64,000 bases of DNA from Macrostomum lignano (taxonomy: Eukaryota). Under the pieces are notes generated by a model. That model made no database searches. It was not told where the DNA came from and worked only from the letters and a program-made list of their open reading frames with translations. Each line of letters begins with the position of its first letter. Position 1 is the stretch's first letter. Made by a program: the position numbers and the translations under genes. Shown here in pieces: positions 1 through 18,186 of this stretch. Where the stretch lies: assembly GCA_002269645.1 (NCBI GenBank), contig NIVC01001149.1, positions 62,001-126,000 of the forward strand. Reading direction: 5' to 3'.

Positions 1-174
1 GATTTTTTTATCATCAGTTGGTTAGTACAGTATTACACTCGTAATGCGCCGATAGCAATATTCGCTCGTAAATCCAATGGGATCAAGAGATTTACATCAG
101 TGGACAGAATTTGATGGGTTTGTAACCTGGGTTTTGGCTTTAAAAGCATTTGCTATTCCTCTACATGTAAGAGT

Positions 175-300
175 ATTGATAATTGATTTCACCTGCCCTA
201 ATAGACAGATGTGCAACCGACAGCTCAGCCGCAGCTATTGTGCGGTGCATCTGAAGGCCGCGTACGGCTGTTCGGGGTTGCCACACACACCCTCAATTAC
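175..300 (-). mobile_element. 3' fragment of the tRNA/CORE-like SINE whose full copy is at 43557-43954
   Basis: Reverse complement matches the 3' part of the 43557 SINE (gtaattgagggtgtgtgtggc...cagatgc...aatagctgcggctgagctgtcggttgcacatctg...caggtg.aatcaatta). Confidence 0.85.
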
Positions 301-619
301 TTCAGGTAGAGTTTAGATTCCTCAGGTAGGGTTCAGATTCCTCAGGTAGGGTTCAGATTCCTCAGGTAGGGTTCAGATTCCTCAGGTAGGGTTCAGATTC
401 CTCAGGTAGGGTTCAGATTCCTCAGGTAGGGTTCAGATTCCTCAGGTAGGGTTCAGATTCCTCAGGTAGGGTTCAGATTCCTCAGGTAGGGTTCAGATTC
501 TTCAGGTAGGGTTTGGATTCTTCAGGTAGGGTTTGGATTCTTCAGGTAGGGTTCAGATTCCTCAGGTAGGGTTCAGATTCTTCAGGTAGGGTTTGGATTC
601 TTCAGGTAGGGTTCAGATT
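301..619. repeat. 20-bp minisatellite (CTCAGGTAGGGTTCAGATTC), about 16 copies
   Basis: Near-identical units seen directly. Confidence 0.97.
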
Positions 620-784
620 GTATGAAATTCCATGGCTCAATGTTCATTTGTGACTGCTAAAAGCTCGTTAAATGCATTGCAGGCCCTGCAGCTTCAGACC
701 TGATAGCTTGGAATGCATTTTATTACCAAATATGTATATGGGATATCATGCTCGCTTCTTTGTTGCATCAGCTGCTTCCCTTTC

Positions 785-1556
785 TTACAGTCTCTCTTCC
801 TCTCTCCCTTTCTCTCTCCCTCCTCTCCCTCTCTCCCTCCTCTCCCTCTCTCCCTCCTCTCCCTCTCTCCCTCCTCTCCCTCTCTCCCTCCTCTCCCTCC
901 TCTCCCTCCTCTCCCTCTCTCCCTCCTCTCCCTCTCTTCCTCCTCTCCCTCTCTCCCTCCTCTCCCTCCTCTCCCTCCTCTCCCTCTCTCCCTCCTCTCC
1001 CTCTCTCCCTCCTCTCCCTCTCTCCCTCCTCTCCCTCCTCTCCCTCCTCTCCCTCTCTCCCTCCTCTCCCTCTCTTCCTCCTCTCCCTCTCTCCCTCCTC
1101 TCCCTCCTCTCCCTCTCTCCCTCCTCTCCCTCTCTTCCTCCTCTCCCTCTCTTCCTCCTCTCCCTCTCTCCCTCCTCTCCCTCTCTCCCTCCTCTCCCTC
1201 CTCTCCCTCTCTCCCTCTCTCCCTCCTCTCCCTCCTCTCCCTCCTCTCCCTCTCTCCCTCCTCTCCCTCTCTTCCTCCTCTCCCTCTCTTCCTCCTCTCC
1301 CTCTCTCCCTCCTCTCCCTCTCTTCCTCCTCTCCCTCTCTTCCTCCTCTCCCTCTCTTCCTCCTCTCCCTCTCTTCCTCCTCTCCCTCTCTTCCTCCTCT
1401 CCCTCTCTTCCTCCTCTCCCTCTCTTCCTCCTCTCCCTCTCTTTCTCTTCTCCCTCCTCTCCTCTCTCCCTCCTCTCCCTCTCTTCCTCCTCTCCCTCTC
1501 TTTCTCTTCTCCCTCCTCTCCCTCTCTCCCTCCTCTCCCTCTCTTCCTCCTCTCCC
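785..1556. repeat. CT-rich pyrimidine tract (ctccct/ctcctc units)
   Basis: Almost pure C/T sequence; explains the stop-free S/L/P and R/E/G ORFs. Confidence 0.97.
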
Positions 1557-1631
1557 AATTAGGGACAGAATTTACCTTGATTTTGCTCCCAACTAGCTCG
1601 TATATAGATAGACTGTAAAAAATTAACCCGC

Positions 1632-2398
1632 AGTGACACGCACTAATCCAACGAAAACCATCACTGACCTAATCCAAGTGTCGATCAGTGACCCGCTTAA
1701 TGGCAAGTGATCTTCACTGACCCGAACTAATCCAAGTGGCCTTCAGTAACAGGCATTAATCCAAGTGGCCGTTAGTGAACTGCACTAATCCAATTGACCA
1801 TCAGTGACCCGAACTAATCCAAGTGACCACTACACAGATCTGGAGGCCGGACAGAATTACCTGAAATTTGCTCCCCACTACACAGATCTGGAGGCCGGAC
1901 AGAATTACCTGAAATTTGCTCCCCACTACACAGATCTGGAGGCCGGACAGAATTACCTGAAATTTGCTCCCCACTACACAGATCTGGAGGCCGGACAGAA
2001 TTACCTGAAATTTGCTCCCCACTACACAGATCTGGAGGCCGGACAGAATTACCTGAAATTTGCTCCCCACTACACAGATCTGGAGGCCGGACAGAATTAC
2101 CTGAAATTTGCTCCCCACTACAGAAATAGACTAAAGAAAAGTATTCCATGTGACCTTATGTGACCCGCATTAATCCAAGTGACCTTCAGTGACCCGCACT
2201 AATCCAAGTGGCCTTCAGTGACCCGCACTAATCCAAGTGAACATTAGTGACTAGCACTAATGCAAGTGACTATCACTGACCCGCACTAATCCAAGTGACT
2301 ATCACTGACCCGCACTAATCCAAGTGACTATCACTGACCCGCACTAATCCAAGTGACTATCACTGACCCGCACTAATTCAAGTGGCCTTCAGTGAGCC
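1632..2398. repeat. ~28-30-bp satellite (cagtgacccgcactaatccaagtgac) interrupted by a 48-bp array at about 1826-2122
   Basis: Diverged 28-30-mers on both sides of about 6 identical 48-mers (ccactacacagatctggaggccggacagaattacctgaaatttgctcc). Confidence 0.9.
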
Positions 2399-2813
2399 GC
2401 CATTCCTTCCCCGATACAGTTACATGAAGTACCGTTTTTTAGGTATCCAAACCATAAAGTTTGTTTTAAGCATTACGAGTAGAACTTATATACGAATACA
2501 AAAAAATGCTATAAGAACTATAGATGCCTAGCTAGGCCAGGCTGTCTCACCGGCCTCTGTATATCTTAGCAGCCTTGGCTGTCCTATACTTAAAACAAAG
2601 AGCCAGGCCCAACTCAGCATTTTCCCTCAAACACACAGAGCTCTTGGAACCGTTATAATCTTCATCTAACTGACTCACCGGCCTCTGTAAATCTCGGCAG
2701 CTTAGACCTCCTATACTTAGAACGAAGTAGGCTCTAAGTCTGCTTTTTCACTCAAACATAAAGGGAAAGTCTTGGGGCCGCTAAAACCTCTTCATCTAAG
2801 AGACTCACCCGCC

Positions 2814-3417
2814 TCAGTCAGTCAGTCAGTCAGTCAGTCAGTCAGTCAGTCAGTCAGTCAGTCAGTCAGTCAGTCAGTCAGTCAGTCAGTCAGTCAGTCA
2901 GTCAGTCAGTCAGTCAGTCAGTCAGTCAGTCAGTCAGTCAGTCAGTCAGTCAGTCAGTCAGTCAGTCAGTCAGTCAGTCAGTCAGTCAGTCAGTCAGTCA
3001 GTCAGTCAGTCAGTCAGTCAGTCAGTCAGTCAGTCAGTCAGTCAGTCAGTCAGTCAGTCAGTCAGTCAGTCAGTCAGTCAGTCAGTCAGTCAGTCAGTCA
3101 GTCAGTCAGTCAGTCAGTCAGTCAGTCAGTCAGTCAGTCAGTCAGTCAGTCAGTCAGTCAGTCAGTCAGTCAGTCAGTCAGTCAGTCAGTCAGTCAGTCA
3201 GTCAGTCAGTCAGTCAGTCAGTCAGTCAGTCAGTCAGTCAGTCAGTCAGTCAGTCAGTCAGTCAGTCAGTCAGTCAGTCAGTCAGTCAGTCAGTCAGTCA
3301 GTCAGTCAGTCAGTCAGTCAGTCAGTCAGTCGGTCAGTCAGTCAGTCAGTCAGTCAGTCAGTCAGTCAGTCAGTCAGTCAGTCAGTCAGTCAGTCAGTCA
3401 GTCAGTCAGTCAGTCAG
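2814..3417. repeat. (TCAG)n microsatellite, about 150 copies
   Basis: Uninterrupted except one TCGG variant near 3332. Confidence 0.99.
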
Positions 3418-4085
3418 AAAGAAGCGGAGAGAAGCTGGGATATCAAAAAGAAGGGGAGAGAAGTGGAGAAAAGCTGGGATATCAGAGAGAAGCGGAGAGA
3501 AGCTAGGATATCAGAGGGATGATGGCGCCAAGCTGGGAAGCTGAGAAATTGATGCACATAAAATACGTTAGAAGGCAAAGGTGCGAAAGAACGATTGGGC
3601 GCAAGGCCGTAGCCAGCGTATTTTTATCAAACACAGAATTGATGCAATATCAGATATCAGAAAGAAGCGGAGAGAAACTGTTATTATCAGAGAGAAGCGG
3701 AAAGAAGCTGGGATTATCAGAAAGAAGCGGAGAAAAGCTGGGATTATCAGAAAGAAGCGGAGAAAAGCTGGGATTATCAGAGGGAAGTTGAGAGAAGCTG
3801 AGATTATCAGAAAGAAGCGGAGAGAAGCTGGGATTATCACAGAGAAGCGGAGAGAAGCTGGGATTATCAGAGAGAAGCGGAGAGAAGCTGGGATTATCAG
3901 AAAGAAGCGGAGAAAAGCTGGGATTATCAGAAAGAAGCGGAGAAAAGCTGGGATTCTCAGAAAGAAGCGGAGAAAAGCTGAGATTATCAGAAAGAAGCGG
4001 AGAGAAGCTGGGATTATCACAGAGAAGCGGAGAGAAGCTGGGATTATCAGAGAGAAGCGGAGAGAAGCTGGGAAGTTGAGAAATT
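3418..4085. repeat. 30-bp minisatellite (agagaagcggagagaagctgggattatcag-like) in two blocks
   Basis: Direct repeats; source of the RKKRRKAGII-type ORFs. Confidence 0.93.
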
Positions 4086-6789
4086 AATGCATACAAAATA
4101 CGTTAGAAGGTTATAAGTTATATATTCTTACAACCTGTTAAAACCCACGGATTTTGAACCCTGTGGCGGCCAGGCTGTACGCGACCGGCAGCACCAGTGC
4201 AGCCATACTGGAAACCCCCCAACCTCTGTCTAGCTGAGGTGGGGTGGGTGCGCACCAAGCTAGCCGGCTCGCTAAGCCGGGGGGGGGGGGGTTGGCGTAG
4301 CCTATCACACGCCACGCCACCTTTTCGCACCTCCCTACTAGGCCCCTCAATCTCGCGCTGTTTGTAAATATTAATATACGCGCAAAGCAGCACAAAATAT
4401 TCGCTGCCAAATAAATATTATTGAATTAATTAAGGCCCTCCGCCTCATTGGTGCCCATGCAGCTTGACACCCATGCAGCGTGGAATGCTGGGCCTACGTG
4501 GTCGGCCCTGTGCGGTCCTGGCAGCCAACCGCCTTGGCCGACTTGGCAGCCCAGCAGCACCGCAGCCCAGCAACCACAGCAGTAGCAGCAACAATCAGCC
4601 CAGTCAGCCCGCCCCCTGGTAGCTCCGGGGTCTCGCCTTTCGGGCCCCGTTTGGACCAACCACCGCCACACGCTGCAGCTCATTCTAGGTTAGCACCGCC
4701 GCTGCTTGCCTAACGTCCCCAGCCTCTGTGCAGGAGCCTCGACCCGGCTTACGGCCGGCAACTGACTGTCGCGATTGCCTCTGGTGTGGTCCGGCCGCGC
4801 CTGCTGCTTTCGGCGCCCACCTGATTTTGCTGGCAGTTTACCATCTAAGCTCCAAAAGGTTACTATTTTTCTCTCACAGTTTTTGTAAAGTAACATTTCT
4901 TTCCTGTTGTAATAATGATAATGGTCAGCATTGTAGTCCAAGTCACTACGTACTGATAAATTTCATTGCAGCATAAGCTGCTTTGTCCACAAGCTGTGCA
5001 TGCAGTGCAGTTCCGTCGCTGGCTCCGGGACCTATACCTCTGCAGTCTGAATCGGTGGAGACTTGACGAGAGAGATCGATTTTAGTAATAATAAATGCCG
5101 CCAAAACATGCTGTAAGGTTTAACTGGAAAATCTGGAACGAGTTTGTTTGACATTGTTTTTTTCTTGTCTCTTTGACCCTTTTCAGTGAGTAAAATATCT
5201 GCACTTCAAAATGCATTCGTAAATTCAAAATCACTTGTGTCTTTAAGTGTTTACAACTGTGTAAAATTACTTTTCTGATAATAAATAAATTAACCGATAT
5301 AAACACATTTTTTAAATTGATTTTAACATTTTTTAAATTGATTTTAACATTTTTTATTGATAAATTTGATTACGATATTTATTAAAACCAGAGCAAGCTA
5401 TCGTATTAATCTTTGTGAAATTTTCATCTTAGAAAAAATATTGAATTATATATGATTTCGAGATTCGCACGAATATTATATGAAGGTGCTACAATCTGTA
5501 ATAGATGGTCGCCTTTTGCAGTTGGTCACCAGTACGGGAAATTCTGACGTCGCCTGGGTCATAATGGCGACGTCGCCGCGCGTGACAAAATGGCTGGTTT
5601 GGCGACGTTATTTTGCGACGTGTTACGACGTCGAGGCGACGGCATTGCTTGTCTGAATTGGAAATATATAACTCAGTAACTTTGAGAATCGCCATCACAG
5701 AAGATTCCGTCTGTGGTCGCCACTTTTGAGAGTGGCAGGTAAAGTCTCTCAATCTTGCCAGCGATGCAACTAATTACACGTACATTGTGTAATAGCTATG
5801 CAACGTGGCAGACTTTACTTGGTAAAATTATTTTCGGTAAATTAGAGAATCAAAGCGTCGCAAAATATTAAAAATTGGTGTCTTGAAGAGTATAGGTTTT
5901 TTGGTGAAATAAAAATCGTTTAAAATTCAATTTAGTGTGAAACTGGTGGAAAAATAAGAACAGTTGGTAGGAAAGAGTTATTATTTTTTGAGATAACGAC
6001 AGTCGTAAAACTTCGTGATGTCTTTGGTTGTTCCCTTATAAGTTTGAATGCGATCCGCGCCGCGCCGAACGCCAATTATTCTTTCTCTGGCCTGAGAGAG
6101 TGTTAGGAGAATTCGAGATCTAATTTCATCAATAAGTGTTCATTTCTTTCTATTTCTTCCCCAACAGACAGCAGGCATGTAAGTAGCCATATTTATTATT
6201 TTTAAGGTAAAATAGCTTTCCAGCTGTTTGATCTTTGACTTTGGTAATGTAAGGTTAAATAGCTTTCCAGCTGTTTAATCTTTAGTAATGTAATGTCAGA
6301 TTTATTGTAAATAATAGAAATAGGCCTAAGTTTTCTATTACTATTAGGGTAGGCTTACAGACTCCAGTGAGATTTCAAAAGTTTGGAAATGGAATGTATT
6401 ATATTAAGACATGCATCTGATAGATAGATGACAATAATCTAAATATACTAAATCTCTGAGGTTTGTATGCTTGTAGGGCCGGGCTTCTTGAAGTTTATGT
6501 TGATAAAATAGTTGCAATTTTGATAGGATCATAATTCCATCTCTAAAAAGGTTTTTGATGGTGCTGATTTCAAATTTGAGCTCTGTTTTTTGATAGCTTT
6601 AACCCAATTGGGCATTTCCGCCAAATAGGGACACAAATTGTGTCCAAGTGAGCAAAGAAAAAGAAAAATGTTGAAAGCAGGAAATCTAACTAGAATTTGT
6701 TATTAAATATCTTTTTTTATCTTGTAGAAGCACAAGAAATTTTCTTGTAACAATAAAAGTTGCCAATAAAAGTTATACTGATCTAAGAA

Positions 6790-9700
6790 TAGGGGGTCCA
6801 GTGAGCCTGTTTTTGGCTTGTGCAGAAAGGAAAAATGGCAAAAAAGTGGTCTTCTTTCTGTGGCTATAACTTTTGAAATAAGTGACATACTGCAACGATC
6901 TTACATTTGTTGGAAAGTAGACAAGTAGATCTTTCAAACAACATATTGCTTGTGTGTGTAGTACATACGACAAGAAAGTTGCAGACTATGAAACATGGTA
7001 TACATTTTTGTACATTTTTAAAACTGTGCCGAAATTGGAGAAAAATATGGGGTCAGGCAGCTCCAGTTTTCATTGAATGAGTGCAAAACTATCAAAAATG
7101 CATGCACATTGGATTGAGGGATCATTATGCAGACCATTTTGGCTGAAAAAATTTTCCCCAAAAAATGTACATGTACATGTACATCGAAAAATTCAAATGG
7201 CCATAACTTTTGAATGGAATGAGTCGACTCCCTAATTCTTTTTTCCACTTACTTCTGGTGACAAAAAGAACCTGTTACACCAAACAGGATGCTTCTAACC
7301 CTTGCCGCAGTGTGCTTACCAGAAATGGGCAAAATACATGTAAATCCCCATTAGAAACATGAAAATCGCACTTTTTTTAAAAATGGAAAGAGTCGACCGC
7401 GAGTTTTTTTCACCAAATGGTAGGGACATTGGTCATATATTTTGTCCTAAAAGCGATTTCCACTAGCCCTTGCCGCACTAGGTGAAAATTCTCAACATTG
7501 GTGCAGGCATACATGCAAATACATTACGGAGATAGGAAAATGTACAGCAAGGGGTTGAAAAGATGAAGGGGAATTGCTGCATGCACTTTTTTTGCAAAAC
7601 AGTATAGTAGGGCCCACTGTACCCTCTATACAATATATACAGCTATATATATGTGGTCAAATGGCTTCATACAAATCTGTACATCTAATTCCATACATGG
7701 AACATGGGGGTCAAAAGGAAGGCTTCCGCTGGAAGGCTGCTGGATACTGACCCCAGCAAAGCTATCCCAGCAAGCGACCCCTAGCATTCGTCTGGTCAAC
7801 GATGCTAACTTCCTTTCTAATAATTGTTCAGTAAGAAAACTGCTCAACTGATTGGTAAGTACAAGTCTTTATGCAGAAACATAGAAACTGTACATACATG
7901 ATACATACAATGATATATGTACTATATACATTCCCCCTATGCCCCCCTTCCCTCTACCATGCGATGCAGTGCTGGGCCACAAAGTACTTTAAGAAGGACT
8001 TAAGCTACTCATCATCGTCATCGCTGTCTAGCACGTGGAGGTCATTGTTCATCCAATCAGGCCGTCGTTGGACATCATAGTGTCCCGCATCTCGTTGAGC
8101 AGGACCAGCAGGCACTTATTGACCACGTGCCGGTCCGTCATCAGGAAGTTGATGCGGACGAAGAGGTTGCGCTTCATCTCGCGCCTAGCCTCCGCGCCGT
8201 CTTCCCCCGGCTTCACGATGTTGCAATAGGCATCAACGAGACGGTCGATGGATGTATCCATCTCGCGGGCGTACATCTGAGCAGTGCCGCCCTCGACCTG
8301 TCGCAGCGTCAGCGCCACCGTGCCGTCGCCAGTGTCGGCCTGAGTGGGTGGGTGAGTGGGTAGGTGGGCGAGTGGGTGAGTGGGTGGGTGGGTGAGTGGG
8401 TAGGTGGGTGGGTGGGTGAGTGGGTGGGTGGGTGGGTGAGTGGGTAGGTGGGTAGGTGAGTGGGTAGGTGGGTGGGTGTCATTCTCACTACAATTAAAAC
8501 TAACCTGCAGGACATTCCAGTGGTTGCCCTTCTTGCTAGTGGCGTCGGTCATCAGCGTCAGCGGCTGGTCAGTCCCGGCCGCGAGCAGGATGCTCTCCAT
8601 GGCCTTCGCCTTGGCGAGACTGTTGCCCACGCCGTACGTGACCGCGCTGATCAGCGAGTCCGATGGCAGCTTGTCGACGATCTGCCACTCGCAGAGGTCC
8701 TCCACGACAGTCCTGACGGTGTCGCGGACGGCTTGTACAGGGACGTGGCACTTGAGCACCAGGTCCATGCACGTGGAGATGACCCTGTTGGTGTACTGTT
8801 GTCCACCGGTAGGGCGCGGCTCGCGCGTCTGGAGCACATGCGTCTGGCTGGCACGGATGTAGTCCTGGAGATACTGGATCTGTTAGGTGTTAGGAATAAA
8901 GGTTGGATTCGAAGTGGAAGTTGAATGAATGACACAGAATATTTCTTTTGTCTGTGTCTGTCTGTTTCTCTGTCTGTCTGTCTGTCTGTCTCTGTCTGTC
9001 TGTCTTAATAGCTACACATTATTTATATTCAATGCCTCTTACGCGACTGTTTGTGGTAGACAACATATCGTGCATCTGGCGCAGTTCGGCCTGAAGGTCG
9101 CGGATGCGCTGCGCCGCAGCAGCTTCTGCCCGGGCAACCTGGCGACGCTTCTGAGACTGCTTGGCATCACGCATGGCCAGCAGCACCTGGGTCTTGATCC
9201 GCGCATGCTGCCGAGCTGCTTGCAGTCGGTCCTGAAGACGCCGGACCCGCTGCACCCAGACCTTCCGCAGTGGGCGCCGAGAGACCTCGGCATGCAGCTT
9301 CCACACAGTCTGCTCTGAGCTTGCCAGCTGGGCCCGCAGGTCCGCCACAGACGTTCGGAGCCCAGCCTCTACGCCCCGTTGCTCCTCAGGGGACGTGGCA
9401 GCAGCAGCAGCAGCAGAAGAGGACGCTTGGCCGACTGGTGTGCAAGGAATGGGCAGCGCCTGGGTTGCAGTCGCCATCACTCCACCAGGACAGACGAAAG
9501 CAGCCTCCATGAAGCTGGACCAGGCACTCTTCTTGCCAGCAGCCTCCTCACGCACCCTTGACCGCTGCAGGTCCCGCGACTTCGCCTTCAGCTTCAGCAC
9601 CACACGATGGAGAAGCCTGAGGCCGTCCGAGCTTGTCTCACTTGGCAAATCTATACACTCTGCCAAGGAGTCCCAGATCTCAGTGGTGGGCAACTTTGCG

Positions 9701-10671
9701 TCCATGGCGGTTTCCAGGGTGGCAAGCATGAGACCGTTAGTGACCCTGGTCTCCTGCCCTGCCTCAGTCCCCTTGGGCTTGGGCTCAGCCTGAAGCTCAG
9801 GCTCAGAATTAGGACTAGCCATGATGACCAGAAGCTATGCAAAGGCTGAAATGTCATGTAGTGTCATGGCCATGGCCCATGCCATGGGCATGGTCATGGA
9901 AATGGCCAAATGGGGATATGTTGTGACTTTGTGTCATTTTAGTAAAAGTTACTAATTCATTCTACTAATACTGCTAATGTCAAAAAAGCCATTTGAAACC
10001 ATTTGAAGGACAATAATCAATATGATAAGGTAAATGGAGATATACCTATATTGGCTATACTAAAAAAAAGACTATACCCTGGGCCTGGGCCTGGGATAAT
10101 TAGTTATTTACTTATTTTCTCCCATTTCCACTGAATTCCATACACCCTAGCAGCATATGTGCCTAGTAGAATATAAGATCCACAAGTGGCAACAAAGAGC
10201 TACAAAATGACACCAAAAACAATAAGATTGGTTTAGGAATTATGGAGATATACCCTAAATAAGTAAAAGTAATATATCCCGGGAAAAATAGTATTTAACA
10301 AATTTTTGCCAATCTCCACTAAAGTGCATTAATTCCAGCAACACATGTACACATCAGAATACAGGATCAAAAAGTGGAAACAAAATGCTACAAAATGACA
10401 CCAAAAGCACCAAGATTGGTTGAAAAATAAAAATGTTATACAGATTTTACTGCGAAAAACATGATTTTTCCTCCAAAAACAGCACAGTTTCTAGTGTATT
10501 TGAGATACGAAAAAAGATGCATTTTTTCAGAAGAAAAACCTCAATAACTTTTTTATTACTGAACCGATTTTCAAAACCTTGGTGTCATTTCAATCAGAAC
10601 ATCCAGATCTACAAAATGGCATAGTTAAAAGTTAAGAATTCAGAAAAAAAATTTTCTCACTGGACCCCCTA
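6790..10671 (-). mobile_element. TIR DNA transposon, 3882 bp, 16-bp perfect TIRs and 7-bp TSD (hAT-like termini)
   Basis: TAGGGGGTCCAGTGAG at 6790-6805 and its exact reverse complement at 10656-10671; CTAAGAA flanks both ends (6783-6789, 10672-10678); internal transposase-like gene. Confidence 0.88.
8049..9822 (-). CDS. Spliced, C-terminally truncated DDE-type transposase (exons 9822-9043, 8879-8505, 8339-8049; about 481 aa)
   Basis: Phase-0 GT-AG junctions (CGC|GTAAGA...AACAG|ATC; CAG|GTTAGT...CTCAG|GCC) join the ORFs in frame. N-terminal coiled-coil; RNase H-like motifs LTLMTDATSK and FLMTDRHVVNK; no C-terminal catalytic Glu region seen. Confidence 0.7.
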
Positions 10672-11717
10672 CTAAGAAGACGATTAATACCGTAAGAGAA
10701 TAAAATTTTATATTGAGGCATAATTGCTAGCTTATAATTAACTTTCTTTCAGTCAATATGACAATAATTTTTTAATTATTTCTAATTGCTTTTTTTATTG
10801 ACTTTTTAATTCAGATTTTGTTATTTTTGTGCATAAGTTCATACGATATTTTTTTAACTTTGTCATTGTCAAAATGTTTTTTTTCTGCAGGCGCGACATA
10901 CCGAACGTTTTATCTCTAATTTTACTTTTCAGTAACTAGCTGATCACCGTAACTATTCAGAATTTCCAGTGCAACTTTGTAAGCAGCAAGAATTGCTAAT
11001 TAATGGCATCTTGGTAACTGCAAATATTAATGTATACAATAAATGTGCTTGATTATAAAAATTATATTAATTAATTTCCATTCAAATTTCCAATTTTTTA
11101 TTGAGCAGATCAACCTCTCAGCCCAGGTCAATCTAGATTTTTTCAAGACAATTTACTGGCAGAATATCGATAATTTTTTATCTTCAACCAATTCTTTTCT
11201 CTCACTTTCCAGATTTCTGTCCAATCAGTGCACCAACTTTTGGAGTGACATCAATTAAATTGGATTTTCAGGATTTTTAAAGAAATTTTCTGGTTTAACA
11301 AAGATTTAATTTTAAAATTGATCATGGTTTATATGTAAATGTGGATCTCTTTAAATATAAATTAATTAAAGTACATAGAACTTTGCAATTGATCTGTTTT
11401 TTTAAAAGTAATGTTGCACCTCGACAATTGAAAAAGGAATTTTGACAGTGACAGCCAGTCTAAATGTAATAAACTAAAGTTAACAAATTTCATCTAGACA
11501 AGTGGCTCCAAGCATCATAGTCATTAGAATTAGCAATTACAAGACATTGTATTTTTAATAATTGTCACTTGACTCATTTCAAAAGGTTAACAATTTTTGC
11601 CAAGTTTTGCTGCTGATGAAATTCCATCATTGTCCATGCAGTATGGACTCAGAATTAAATTAGGCAGTCTCGCATTGCACGTATCAGTATTGTAGCTAGA
11701 TCAAAAAATGGATAGAT

Positions 11718-16881
<5,164 letters not shown>

Positions 16882-18186
16882 GAAGACAGGATAGAAGGTA
16901 AAATGAGTTTTTTATCTAAAATTTTTGTTGTTGTTAGTAAAAATGGTTAGTCTTTAGTGCAAGTGCAAGTTAAAAGTGCAAGTGTAAGTAGAACTGCCTG
17001 ACTAAAAGTGGAAAGCAATGTTTAATGTGATAATGCTAGATAAGTCTAACAGATAGTATATAAAAAGTATATATTCTTAGCTACTATGCCTTCAATGGCT
17101 AAAAAAGAAGTACATTTTCAAAGTATAATCCTCATTAATCATTGCATTATGCTTCCACAATCTAGAGAAAGTTTTTATAAAGCAATATTACAAGTAAATG
17201 TGGGGAAAATTAATTAATACTATGTAAATTACTATCTATGTACATACTATACTGCAAAATGTAAATTACATTTTTATTGATACATAAACAAGAAATTAAT
17301 GTGAAACTGTTTTATTTTCCAGCTTTTATACTTAATGATAGTCTTGTAAGACTGAATTTGAGAAAAAAACTAGCAAAAAAAAATAATAAAGGGTACAACA
17401 TGAAAATACATCTCATGTAAGTAGTGTGCTTACTACATTTAAATGTTAATATTTAAGGTATTTTGACAGATTAAGGTTCAGCAGACCACTTTTTGTGAAG
17501 CTCTGTATGTCAGCAATCCATAAATATATTGTTTTCAGCTAATGAAAAGCACTAAAAAAATTATTGGGTACAACATGAGTACAATCTTGTGGTTAAGATG
17601 TCACATCGAAAAAAAATTAATGTCTTAGAAAAATGTATTAAGCAAATTCTATTGCTAAAAATATACTGATATATCATCGCAAAGATGTTTTCCTTCATTT
17701 AAGCTAAAAAACGTGTAGATTGAAAGCCTTATGAGTAAATGAGAGGGTACAACATGAGTACAAATGATCCAAAAACTTACCATTTATAATTTTTGGTATA
17801 GCAAGAAAACTGACAAAAATCAATGACTTCTTGCAGGTGTTGTGACGAAAAGGAATGATTTTAACAAAGTTTAATGTGTTTTTTTCATGAAACAAAGAGA
17901 ATTACTATAAAGAATGTTTTCTTCGCTTTTTTATTCAATGTTAAAGTTAAAAATTGTGTGTTTGGACATCCAAAAAAGTGGCGTCTAAGTAAGTTTAAAA
18001 AGGTTTTTTCAACATTAATTTTGCCGATTAACAATCTAATATAGCTTTAAACTAAGCAAAAGTGGTTGTATTTTTCAGTTTAAGTCCTTGTTTGACTTCA
18101 ATTAGCTGGCTTAAGCTACAATTCATCATTTTCTGTTTGTTGAAGTGTAATTTTCCGATAGTGCCTAATTGGCGGAAATGCCCAAT

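Noticed and set aside
301-619. Repeat arrays as CRISPR (also 1826-2122, 26176-26478, 35700-36950)
   Set aside because: Head-to-tail repeats without unique spacers, no cas genes, eukaryotic context.
672-4096. Long ORFs (S/L/P-rich, SQSV, RKKRRKAGII, HYTDLEAG repeats)
   Set aside because: Stop-free translations of simple and tandem repeats, open in several frames.
5008-5030. HDV-like ribozyme (CAG-TTCCGTCG-CTG resembles P3/L3)
   Set aside because: No upstream strand complementary to the expected P1 partner and no P2/P4; the segment looks like an exon.
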